DNA of 64,000 bases from Octopus sinensis (GCF_006345805.1 NC_042998.1:72602001-72666000), one strand, 5' to 3'; positions 13,268 through 24,922 are shown, counted from the first letter of the stretch. Translations and numbers: made by a program. Notes: generated by a model not told the origin, from the letters alone.

Positions 13268-13601
13268 TATTTTTTCTTCACTCGTTTATTACTGTTCTTA
13301 TTTTATTTGTTTAATTCATGTCCATTGTCCAGAAATATTTCGTCACACACTTACACACTTACACACACACACACACACACAGACCCACACACAAAGATGT
13401 ACACAAAGATGTACACAAACGCATGCGCGCACAAAAATGCCCACCTTACAAGAACAGAATGGAGCAAGCGTAGCTAGACATACGCGAAAAGAATAAGTGT
13501 CGCTGAAGAGATCCCAGATGCGTGCCGAAAGATTTCCGAACAATGGACATGAGTTAAAATAATAAAATAAGAACAGTAATAAACGAGTGAAGAAAAAATA
13601 T
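13268..13601. mobile_element. MITE with ~75-bp imperfect terminal inverted repeats
   Basis: Left ttcttcactcgtttattactgttcttattttat...atgtccattgtcc is the reverse complement of right acaatggacat...aataagaacagtaataaacgagtgaagaa. The same termini recur at 44966-45162. Confidence 0.8.
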
Positions 13602-13691
13602 ACAGTGAGTGTGCTTATTTGGCAAAGATCCTAAAATGCAATAAACCATCCTAAAATACAACAATATGTATATATATATATATATATATAT

Positions 13692-13830
13692 GAAAAGGCT
13701 TTAATTCAGTTCCGTTTGACTCGAAACTATAATTACAGGCACATGCCCAATTTGCCGTGTAGTGGAACTGAACCTGGAAACTACGTTGCTTTATTGTGAG
13801 CTGTTCAACCACTCTGCTATGCCAGCGCCT
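13692..13830 (-). mobile_element. Family A SINE head fragment, diverged
   Basis: gtggaactgaacctggaaactac...aaccactctgctatgccagcgcct resembles the reverse complement of the family A head. Confidence 0.55.
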
Positions 13831-14871
13831 AGCGTAGTCTTCGAATATTGTTACGTTAAATTACAGAATCTACTGAAAATATCCTGGGTAAAGTAGATTC
13901 TCTGACACCCTACCAGTTCTACTACAAATATTATAGTCAATAGACTTATTATGCTTTACTCATATAATATGAAATGTTTATCGGAAACATACTACTTGAA
14001 ACTAGCTGTTATCTAATCAACCTAATTGCTTCGGATCACGGAATGATGTGGCAATCTGCCAACTATCAAACATATTAGCAACTGGCTGTTTGTATGCTGA
14101 TAGTATAGTTTATATCGTATATTAATCATGTGAAGGAATGGCTATTCCATACTCTTTAAACGGCCGTAATTGATGAACTGCATTTTAATTTGTTTTAAAA
14201 TAACTTAAGGAAATTAAGTGATCCATTCCAGACGCATAATCTCATCTGGGAATAAACACTATTGGATATTCTTGAAATATTTAAGATGAAAGTGAATTTC
14301 CATATAGTATTATGTAATCCAATATCGTTACAGGAGTTAATTTGCATGTATATGAACTTTGTTTTTGTTGTAGATCTCATTAACACTGACAGAATGTTAC
14401 GTGCGTAAAAGATGAATACAATAGATGATATATAACACGTTCAGTCGGTTATTGACCTTAGACATTTCTATATACAAATTAAAATCAGTGTACACATACA
14501 GAGGCACACATATATATTGAGAACCCCCACTTCAAAAAGAAAAGGTAATATTTATTCATAATGTCTTATAAAAATCAATTAAAAACAATCACTCAATGAC
14601 ATTTCTCTGATATGAGTAGACTACGTAAAAGAAAATCGGAATGATAAGAGTGTATATGTAAACGTTTCAGGAAATGGATATTTGTGTTTGTATGACTGCG
14701 TTCACATTTCTGTATAGGGAAAATTATTCATTCTATTTCAAATGTCACATATAATGTTTACTGTACTATTCTTTACAGTGATCGTTTTGAATTCGTTCCC
14801 AACGTTTATTTTGTGCTGTTTTCGTAAACTATTGATTCGAAATACATCTTATGAATGGATGGCATAGCATA

Positions 14872-15063
14872 GGCAACGAGCGCGTAAAATGCTTAGCGGC
14901 ATTTCGTCGATTTTCGCGTTCTAAATTCAAATTCTGCAGTGGTTGACTTTGACTTTCATACTTTCGGAGTCGATAAAATAAGTACTTGTTGAGACCTGGG
15001 GTTGATGTAATCGACCATACTCCGACCTCGAAATTGCCGGCTGTGTCAAATCTTTAGACCAAT
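14872..15063 (+). mobile_element. tRNA-derived SINE family B (GGCGGCGAGCTGGCAGAA head), diverged
   Basis: aaatgcttagcggcatttcg...ttcaaattc...gactttcatactttcggagtcgataaaataagtac matches the copies at 18688 and 23376. Confidence 0.7.
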
Positions 15064-15559
15064 ATCATAATATAGAATTCATTACTTACAAAGATATAGA
15101 TTGGAGACACTTTCTGTCTGTTGTTCCCTAAGACATAAAATAAAAAAAAAGAAGTGAAAGCATTATTGAGGATATTCTTGTTAATTTCTATGGTAGCTAA
15201 ATATTTGTAATTATGATTGCAGGAATTCCAGCTTTGAACATGTAGCCTTTCGCTAATACCTCCTAATGCATAATGTATGACGTACTCGTGATTTAGACAG
15301 AATTTTAAGTGAAATTGAATGTTATCTCTACATGATTGAGCAGTGGTGTGTGTTAAAGGTGTCGCAAAATGGATTAACTTAAAACCTAGTTGAGTAAATA
15401 TTCCAATGATGCCATAGGTGAAAACCTTTAGAGTAAGGAGCAATAGTATGGATGCAAGAGGCCGAAAGATTTATTGTTATATATCTGAAAATTCAGACCT
15501 TCTAACAGAACAAATACTTTTATACTATTTGACATTTGCGAATTTCCCACAATTTCTTT

Positions 15560-15582
15560 CTTTCTCTCTCTCTCTATCTCCC

Positions 15583-15622
<40 letters not shown>

Positions 15623-15680
15623 TCCCAGGCATATCTCCATGTATGAATACTGGAATGTGTATGAATGTATATATATATAT
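15560..15680. repeat. (CT)n followed by (TA)n microsatellite
   Basis: Direct dinucleotide runs. Confidence 0.9.
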
Positions 15681-16081
15681 ATATACATATTAACGGATAG
15701 AATTTATAAATATTTTAATGCATTTCTACGCGAGTTTCCACAAATCACGGGTTTGCAACGATCATTAGTCCGTACTCCTAGGATGATTACTCTACAGTCT
15801 GTAGTATCCATGGACAACGGGTAGGTCATGTAATCAATTCATCAACGTTAGAAGCGGCGAATATATAACCGAAGGATATTTCTTAAGTCTGACCAAACAA
15901 AAGGGAGATTGGGTTTTCTGGGCAATTCTATGTGTATTTGGTAGGGAGATGAAAAATTATATCAGCACAGCTCCGTACAATGATATAAAACTGTTATAGC
16001 AAGTAGTATCATTAGGTTATAGTCGGCATAAAAATAGGGGCTTTTACATACCTAGTCAAAAACGTTTCTGTTAAATAAACT

Positions 16082-16125
<44 letters not shown>

Positions 16126-16155
16126 TACATCATACATACAACATACATACATACA

Positions 16156-16213
<58 letters not shown>

Positions 16214-16845
16214 TGTTAAAGGGGACAACAAACCTTAAGGCAAGGCAGACATCAAGTCATATAATTAATATTCTTGGTAATATAAATTCAAAGTCTTACA
16301 CGTAAGTCTGGGATATCCTAGAGTAATGGATATTTTGAAATCGGAGACAAATAGGGAAAATGAGAAGGGCATAAATTAACGAAATGATGACATACAGGAC
16401 AGGAATAAAGTAATAAAGAGTTGAAGAGAGAGAACAAAAATGGAGCATAAAAATTCACAGTCCAAATTTGCCGTCTTGTAAAAATACGTTCATAAGTCCT
16501 GCGTAAATCCATGTGGGTTAGAGTCTATCTATTGTAAGCATCCAGAAAAACAGACGTGAACATATCAACTTTCAATACCAGCATGACGGAAATGTTGAAC
16601 TCTGAACCTATATGCTTCTTTTTTGTCCCTTTCTTCGTCTCTTTATTCCTTTACTCCTGTCCTCTATATCATAATTTCATTAATCTAAAACCTTCTCATT
16701 TTCCTTATTTTTCTCCGATTTCCTAATATCCCATACTCTGAGATAACCCCAAAACAGTTGTAAGACTTTGATCTTTTTCCCAATATAATAATATACATGA
16801 TTTGAAATGTTTGCCTTGCCTTTACGTTTGTTTTTCTCCTTAACA
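16214..16845. mobile_element. Foldback/MITE-like element with ~245-bp diverged inverted arms and ~150-bp spacer
   Basis: Left tgttaaaggggacaacaaaccttaaggcaaggcagacat...tcaaagtcttaca...gaaatcggagacaaatagggaaaatgagaagg mirrors right ccttctcattttccttatttttctccgatttcc...tgtaagactttga...atgtttgccttgcctttacgtttgtttttctccttaaca. Confidence 0.75.
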
Positions 16846-17227
16846 AATGTATATCAACTATATAGGAAGGAACACTGCAATGGCTCCATAACTACCGTCT
16901 CGGTTATAACCTTGGAGCCTTAGTAATCCATTACAGTACTTACCTAGCGTATCTAATCATTTAGCTCACCTGTGAACTAAACCCCCATATTTTGAATATA
17001 TATATATATATATAAAATCTATTAATCTTTTGATTTTTTAATGTTTTAATCTTGTACTCTTTTATGTATTACTAGTATATGTGTAGCACACAGTCTTTGC
17101 ATGTGTATGTTCCTATAATACTCCATTTTGTTTTGAATTAATAGGCATAATAGAATGTCTACCGGCTGATGTATGTCATTTTTATATCCCCTCCATTGTG
17201 TGCCACACACACACACACATATATATA

Positions 17228-17823
17228 CTAGCAGGAATACCCGTCGTTGCTCGGGTTAAAGAAAATAACGAATTTTTAAAATTCCGAGCGTAAATAGACT
17301 ACTCTCAATTTGCCTAGGATTTGGCTTGAGCTAGCGAAAAAACGCGACACATACCCTCTGGAAAAAATCAATACTTTACTTTGTCAACTGTAGTGAGATC
17401 TTATCGTCTGCTTGCGCAGTGCTGCCAGCAGTATTCATTTGCGAGTTACGATGTGCCTCTGTTTTCACGTGAGCGATCCTTTTCATATAATTGCCCAAAA
17501 TTTAAAATTCTTAATTAGGTCTCTTAGATTAACATTTTTGCCCACTACATTTTACTATTTTTGGGAGTGGTACACATTCACCGCTTTTTCCTTAGGACTT
17601 TTTCTATTGCGTAAACTGATAATTTCCCACCATGCCCCGATTCAAAATCCAATATAGGTCGTCAAACAAATACTGCAAAGAGTAAACGTGTGCGTGCAAA
17701 TGAATCTGCCGAGAACGTCGCCAGGAAGAACTCTCTCATTGCACTTAAGATGGCTTCAGCACGAAGACGGGCAAGGGAAGAGCATCGTTGTGATCGGTTA
17801 GCACGTATTGCTGCGAGCATTTG
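17228..17823. mobile_element. Helitron-type terminus (CTAG plus GC hairpin) with a frameshifted Helitron-like N-terminal ORF
   Basis: On the minus strand, hairpin cccgagcaacgacggg is followed by ...CTAG|T at 17228. On the plus strand, 17632-17823 reads MPR(frameshift)SKSNIGRQTNTAKSKRVRANESAENVARK..., resembling the N-termini of invertebrate Helitron RepHel proteins as I recall them. Confidence 0.6.
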
Positions 17824-18192
17824 ACCCTAAATTCATTACACTTCCTAAGGATATTACCTGAAATTCATATATTTCCCATAATTCGGTGCAGCAAAGAAGG
17901 TATGCGTACCTATCATTTGAAGAGGGTAAGGCATATTTTATTTGCTACAAGTAATTTGGAAATTAATTCTTTCGTACTTAATTCCGCAAAAAGTGCAAAA
18001 AATGAAGTAAATGAGTTCTGACTAGTTATTACATCTATTGAGAATATTGTTAATGAGACAATTATTTACAGGGCTTAGGGATTTGTAATTTCAATTACAT
18101 AAAGTAGGAAATTTATGGCCAATGGTGCCTGTAGGAACGCAGAGCGTGATAACTATTGCTAGATCTGATATAATTACCTGAATGTACGGGAG

Positions 18193-18617
18193 TTACGTAA
18201 GAGAAAGTGGGGTTATAATTACCAGCAACTGCATTACCATTGCAATGGTGGAAATTAAAACAGCATGGTCATTAATAGTTACTGAATCTTCATTTGCAGG
18301 AGAATCAATGTGGATGTTATTTGGGTTGATTGCCACAATATTAGTGTTAACGTTTATATTTTCACAACCGCCTTTTGCACTATTGCTGCAACTGGGGTAG
18401 CAAGTATTGCTACATGTAGATGTAATGTATATAGATGTTGAATTAGTCAGTTGATTGACTGTATCAGGAATACTTATGATAGATACTTGACTGTTTAAAT
18501 GGCGTATGACACGATTGTTACTATAAATGTCATGGCACTCAGGGTTGTTAATCATACGATTTATATTGTGACAAGCCATTTTGATATTATTCCTACTTAT
18601 ACTCGTTATAATACTAG
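18193..18617 (-). CDS. Unassigned candidate exon/ORF (Asn/Ile/Ser-rich, Cys cluster, hydrophobic C-terminus)
   Basis: Stop-free frame 18654-18193 in non-microsatellite AT-rich DNA, with a T-rich acceptor-like tttttcaacttacatattctAG at 18618-18619. No homology recognised; it may be a chance ORF. Confidence 0.2.
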
Positions 18618-18687
18618 CTAGAATATGTAAGTTGAAAAACAAATTCTTATAGATCTATTCAACGTATGGTAATATTTAATACTCTGA

Positions 18688-18860
18688 AGGTGGCGAGCTT
18701 GGCAGAAACGCTAGCACGCCGGGCGTATTGCTTATCGGTTTTTCGTCTGTGTTTACTTTATGAGTTCAAATTCCGCCGAGGTCGATTTTGTCTTTCATCC
18801 TTTCTGGGTTGATAAATTAAGTACCAGTTACGTACTGGAATAGATACAATCGACTGCCCA
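18688..18860 (+). mobile_element. Family B SINE
   Basis: ggtggcgagcttggcagaaacgctagcacgccgggcg...gagttcaaattccgccgaggtcga...taagtaccagttac. Confidence 0.85.
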
Positions 18861-19427
18861 CACCGCGAAAAATAAATCGGGCCATGTACCTAAAGAAGTA
18901 ACGTATATTTACTACTTTGGGAAAATTTTCCCTGCAAGGAGATAAGTAACATTTTAGGAAATTTCGTAAGAATATTGTCTGTCCAATATTAATCCAGATT
19001 ACGTCATTATTGCTTAAGTTCATCTGAATTTTGGATTTACGATATTCAAATTTGCGTGTTTTAATGTCACCATCTCGGGTAACAGTACTGCTATGCTTAC
19101 ACGTAGTGCTGTTATTTCTGTTTTGGCCATCACTACTATTGTTACCGGTGTCATAAATTGCGCGGAAATATATTAGTTGCTCGTAAATATATTACTGTGT
19201 GTTTTTAAATTTTTGTTCACACCAGATTCTGTTGTATGACCTTACATTTTACAAGTCGCGAAGAGATAGCTAATTGTTTGTTTATATTCCGCTTTTATAA
19301 ATGTCTTGTTATCGTAGTGAACATAGGCATCGGACTTATTTTCATAAGCCTAGATGAGAGATATTCTATTTTGAGTCATACTAACGAATTTATTACACGC
19401 GTGACATATGCATACATGCATATAAAT

Positions 19428-19428
19428 A

Positions 19429-19518
<90 letters not shown>

Positions 19519-19520
19519 AT
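19428..19520. repeat. (CT)n(AT)n microsatellite
   Basis: Direct runs; a second similar tract lies at ~19708-19760. Confidence 0.9.
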
Positions 19521-19707
19521 TAATATAAGGAAATTATTATTGAATTCAACATAAAGATGTACCAGTGTGATTTCCCTATATTAATGTATGTACATATCGC
19601 TCGTATTAAATATATAAATACTTCAAAAGTATTAATATTTTTATACAATGGAGCACACAATATAAATTCAGTATATAACATTCTTATTGAATATATTTAC
19701 TTAAAGA

Positions 19708-19766
<59 letters not shown>

Positions 19767-19946
19767 TTGCATATATGTGTGTACATATATACGTGGAATT
19801 GGGTGCGCTTTGATATATATATATATATATATATATATGATTATATATTACGGGAAGCTTTATGAAAATAAACAAAAGTCGAAGGCATGTGGAGTACAAA
19901 CAAACAATTGTATTAGTATGGCGCTCAGGAATATAAATAAAACAAG

Positions 19947-19984
19947 TCTTTTACGTTTCGAGCCTACGCTCTTCAACAGAAAGA
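19947..19984 (-). ncRNA. Minimal type-I hammerhead-ribozyme-like motif (non-canonical core), probably a Penelope-like terminal-repeat remnant
   Basis: Minus strand: UCUUU-CUGUUGA-A-GAGC(GUAG)GCUC-GAA-ACGU-A-AAAGA. Helix I (UCUUU/AAAGA), helix II and a palindromic helix III (ACGU) are all in type-I order. A6 of the CUGANGA core is U. Confidence 0.5.
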
Positions 19985-20249
19985 TACACAGAAAAGAAAC
20001 ACTGAGAGAAACAAGGAGAGAAAAAAATGCGTGCAGAAGCTAGCGATTCAACATGGCGATCTGATTCCGGTCAGAAGTCAGAGATCAAATGTGAGACGCA
20101 AGAGCGAAAATAGGGGAGATAACAGGGTCAAATGACTTCGCCCCAACATAAGGCTGCGTGTGTGTATGAGAGATTATGTAGTGCGTATGAAAGGTCTGGA
20201 CGTGTGTATGTATGATGTGATGTGTAATGTCGTATGGTGTACTGTAGAG

Positions 20250-20660
20250 AGAGGAGATGAGGGGGAGAGGGTATGAGGAGGGAGGAGAGGGGAATGAGAT
20301 GGGGGGGAGAGGGGAGGAGAGATGAGGGGGAGGGGGAGAGGTGAAGAGGGGGATAAGGAAAGAGGAGAAGAGGAGGGAGGAGGGAGAAGAGGGTGAGTGG
20401 GGGCAGGAAAGAGGAGAAGAGGAGGGAGGAGGAGGAGGGAAGGGGAGAAGGAAGGAGAGGAGAAGTGGAGGGGGATGGGATAGGAGGGGAGGATAGGGGC
20501 AGGGGGAGAGAGATGGGGGAGAGAGAGAGCAGAGAGAAAGAGAGAAGGGGAAGAGGGAAGAAGAAAGAGGAAAGAAGAGGAGGGAAGAAAGGAAGAGGCG
20601 GGAAAGAGAGTAGGGGTGAAAAGATGAAGGACTGAAGAGAAGTAGGATTCGGGGGGGGAG
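20250..20660. repeat. Polypurine (GGA/GA-rich) low-complexity tract
   Basis: The + strand is almost entirely G/A; explains ORFs 20393..20635 and 20085..20738. Confidence 0.9.
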
Positions 20661-21098
20661 GTTAGATGAGGACACAGACATATACATAACTAGACATGTG
20701 CAAACACAGGTACACACATATGCATGCATCTCCCACACTAATAGAACATAGTTACATCAAAATATGTGTATATACACTGTGCAATATCGTAGTAATTCAT
20801 ATAATGGGTCTCAAGTTAATCACAGGTATTATTTAATGGATTTTCTTTTAAAGACGGAATATATGACAAAGAGAAAAGTTGAGTAAACTTCATAAGTGAA
20901 TATGGATCATACTTTGATTCAACAAATCAGATCTCTAACACTTCTGAAACATTTTATTGTTACCTTTCAAATACGACAATTCATGTGAAACAACTTAATA
21001 TGTGTGTGTATATATATATATAGTGTGTGTGTGTGCTTACGTTTGTGTGTGAATATGCGTATGTGCGCTTGTGTGTTCGTCAGTATGTATTGCGTATG

Positions 21099-21129
<31 letters not shown>

Positions 21130-21132
<3 letters not shown>

Positions 21133-22215
21133 TATATACGTGCATGTGTGTATTCACATTCGGTGCATTCGGAACTTTTACAGAAATTATTGTCAATGGC
21201 CATTCTTCATTCATAAAGAATGTTCAGTGTTGTCTGTGATGTAGCTGTATCTTATCCATAATATACTCTTAAAATGAATTTCCCTAGTTGATTATAAACT
21301 TGAAAATCATCTGTCGAGATAGGCATATCACTGCTACGGGTTAAACATTACTTATATAAATTAAAGAATTCCTGCCATGGTAAATACAGAGCCCTATACA
21401 CTCAGCTGTAAGTATATTTCTGTCTATATACACAAGTGTGTAACTCTCCCCATTTTATTGTCGATAAATCATAGAGTTACGAATTTGAGCGTGAGTGTAA
21501 GTGAGAGTTATGTCGTCGTGCGTAAAATTATACGATTCTTTGTGCATGTGTTTATCTGTGTCTATGTGTGAGTAACGTGTGTGCGTTTGCTTATACATAT
21601 GCATAAGTATTTATGTATATATGCATGTATGCATGTATATATTTAAGCATATATATATATATATTATATATATATATATATATAATATATATATATAGAT
21701 ATATACGTGCATGTGTGTATTCACATTCGGTGCATTCGGAACATTTACAGAAATTATTGTCAATGGCCATTCTTCATTCATAAAGAATGTTCAGTGTTGT
21801 CTGTGATGTAGCTGTATCTTATCCATAATATACTCTTAAAATGAATTTCCCTAGTTGATTATAAACTTGAAAATCATCTGTCGAGATAGGCATATCACTG
21901 CTACGGGTTAAACATTACTTATATAAATTAAAGAATTCCTGCCATGGTAAATACAGAGCCCTATACACTCAGCTGTAAGTATATTTCTGTCTATATACAC
22001 AAGTGTGTAACTCTCCCCATTTTATTGTCGATAAATCATAGTTACGAATTTGAGCGTGAGTGTAAGTGAGAGTTATGTCGTCGTGCGTAAAATTATACGA
22101 TTCTTTGTGCATGTGTTTATCTGTGTCTATGTGTGAGTAACGTGTGTGCGTTTGCTTATACATATGCATAAGTATTTATGTATATATGCATGTATGCATG
22201 TATATATTTATGCAT
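21130..22215. repeat. Near-identical tandem duplication, period 567 bp, units separated by (TA)n
   Basis: 21130-21650 versus 21697-22215; I could see only three differences (ctttt/cattt, a 2-bp indel in catagagtt, taagc/tatgc). Confidence 0.95.
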
Positions 22216-22273
22216 ATATATATATATATATATATATTTGTACATATATATCTATATGTGCACAGTTGTGTTC

Positions 22274-22305
22274 TGCCGGGCAATGCCCGGCTGAATGAGT
22301 TACAT
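22274..22305 (+). mobile_element. Isolated Helitron-like 3' hairpin remnant
   Basis: ccgggcaatgcccggctgaatgagt resembles the terminal cccgggcaacgccgggctatgctgttagt at 47350-47378. Confidence 0.35.
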
Positions 22306-22937
22306 ATTTATCAAGTTTCCGTTTACTCTATCATTTACATGAAATACCGTAAGGTGTATTGAAACGTAGCTCTTCCCCTTGAACGTATTTCATATAGTTA
22401 TAAATTGATTCTTATAATTATATTGGTTTTCATGATGCAGATACGAAATACTTCGATGCGTTATTTTCTCTGAGGATATACCCAAAATATTTTGTTAATA
22501 TCCATACATAAGTTGAATATACTTTCTTCGTAGGATATTTTATTTGATTGAAATATTTCGGGGATATTATATTCCGTAGAAAATAAGCTCCCGGTTGAAC
22601 ATTATGTAAACATATTGAATACTAAGACAGAAATTTCAAGGTAAAGGTGGTATAGAGTGGCATCAAAAATTTAATAAACCTGCTTATCATTGCAGTTTAG
22701 GAATTCGTATCATGACAGCAACATTCAAATTCATCCAAGTCGTTATTAGCATCACATGCAAACATATCCGAAGGATACGCATGCGCACGTGCGCGTGCAA
22801 ACCCAAAAGACAGACGCACACACTTGTATGTATGCATGTGAATATGAGTGTTCCTTTATTAATCTTTTGAATTCTTCCTTCGAGGAGGTTGTTTTATGAG
22901 AAAGAAATGAAGATCACTCACTGGAATTTGGATAGAA

Positions 22938-22974
<37 letters not shown>

Positions 22975-23375
22975 ACATATATATGATTAGAACAGTCTTG
23001 TATATTGCAAAGTACCACTTTCACATTGTATTGGTAATATGAGAGTTATCTTACAAAATACTGCCTGAAAACCGAAAGCAGATATAAGAACATTAAAATT
23101 GTAATACGATACACAAGTGCACGAATAACTAGTGATATAAGCATGAATGAACCAGAGTTTTGAAATTTTGAGTCCCTATCTCAGATTTGAGAAGAAAATT
23201 CCTTCCCCGGAGGATCACTAACATATATTTATAAATTATTTATTTGTTGTGTTTTTTTTGTCTTAAATAACAGCATTAGATATGTGACGTTTACATTTCA
23301 TTCGGCAACATTGCTGAAATGAGTTGATATGAATATACTCAACGAGGTTACTACTAATATTTATTCCAGAGCTAA

Positions 23376-23580
23376 GGCGGCGAGCTTACAGAATTGTTAA
23401 AACGTCGGGTTAAATACTTAGCAGCATCTCATCGGTCTTAACGTTCTACGTTCAAATTCCTGTGAGGCTGACTTCACCATTCTTCTGGAGTCGAGAAAAC
23501 AAGTACCAGTTAAACATTGGGATCGATTTATTCGACTGAACCTCTCGAAATTGCTGGCTTTCTGCGAAGATTTCAAACCA
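23376..23580 (+). mobile_element. Family B SINE
   Basis: ggcggcgagcttacagaattgttaaaacgtcggg...gttcaaattcc...aagtaccagttaaacattgggatcgat...gaaattgctggc. Confidence 0.75.
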
Positions 23581-24054
23581 CTATTTATTCCAGAGATGCT
23601 ATTTTTATGGAATGCATTGTATATTGTCATTCTCAGAAAATGGGATGTAGTTGCTTAGATTTGCCTAGTTGCCCTTTTCCCATATATTGTCTTTATACAT
23701 TTCTGACATAATTTATAATTTTAACGGTATGAGGAGATTAAGTATTTTATTGTCTTGTTTCCTAAGTTAAATCATAGTTATGTTCTTCCCTTTAGATGGA
23801 AAATGCATTCCAAATGTCATGTGATAAAGGCACATTTCCCAGAGTTATGCTTTTGCAAATTATGCAAGACATGCCAAACACCATACATTATAGTGTTCTG
23901 GTTTAGAGTGTGATTGTACTTCATGTGTATGGTCAAGTACGTTAGTATAGTAATTCTGGAAATTCTCAGATTTGAAGAAATAGCGCGTAATTTTCGTTTA
24001 GTGCTCAGCCTATCCGTGATCATTTGTTCAGTTCATTTTTGAGTATTTATTTAT

Positions 24055-24370
24055 CTGCTGCACTTCCTCCACTTCCTCCTCTTCTATCTTCTCCTCCTCC
24101 TCTTCATCATCATCGGGCTCATCATCCTCATCATCTTCATTCCTCATCTCTCCCTCTCCCCGTTTCCACTTCTTCCTCCTCCTCTCCTCCTTCTCCTCCT
24201 CCTCCTCCTCCTCTACCTCTTATTCTCCCTTAGCTCCTTTCCTCCCTCCCTCCTCATCACCTCCCATAAGCTCTCCTCCTCATCTTCCTTCCCTTTCCCA
24301 TCCTCTCTTCTTCTTCTTCTTCTTCTTCTTCTTCTCCTGTCTCGCTTTCGCTTTCTCTCTCTCTCTCTGG
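24055..24370. repeat. Polypyrimidine (CCT/CTT/CT) low-complexity tract
   Basis: Direct runs; explains ORFs 24024..24233 and 24213..24470. Confidence 0.9.
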
Positions 24371-24880
24371 GATGCGTGTAACAGATAAACTCGTCCTGCA
24401 TTAATTTTAAGCACCTTGTTCTCTTTGTATGAGACATAACCAATATCATAAAATATTTTTCTCTATGCACGATTACAGTCTAGGCTAGGATATTCTGAGG
24501 TAAATTTTGAAGCGAGAAACTAGCAATCACTAATTCTATAACGTACAGTATATCATAAAATATATTATACCCTAGGAAACATTTTATTTAGGCTTAACTG
24601 TCAAATAGGAAAATTTTCATTATCCTAATGTTAGAAGATAATGCACAATTTTCTCAAAAATGACAAATGATTTGGAGCGTACCTTTTCAGCAATCCACAT
24701 TGTGACACATTGGAGCCCCTAAGCATTGTAAGCCTCGTTTAATAACAAAGAAAATATTCGCAAAATGAATTACAGATATTTTAGTGGCAAGATAGAAACC
24801 TAGATTTTATAATCTTGGAATATTCTCAAGACATTTATATGATCGAAAATTGTCGCTCCACTATCTTTCACAGTCATGCC

Positions 24881-24922
<42 letters not shown>

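Noticed and set aside
20085-20738. 217-aa Pro/Ser-rich ORF and the opposite 80-aa Arg/Glu/Gly-rich ORF
   Set aside because: Both are products of the polypurine low-complexity tract.
22580-22640. Candidate 61-nt plus-strand exon (AG...AAG|GTAAAG; NKLPVEHYVNILNTKTEIS)
   Set aside because: Splice-like sites of this quality are frequent by chance; no recognisable protein or partner exons.
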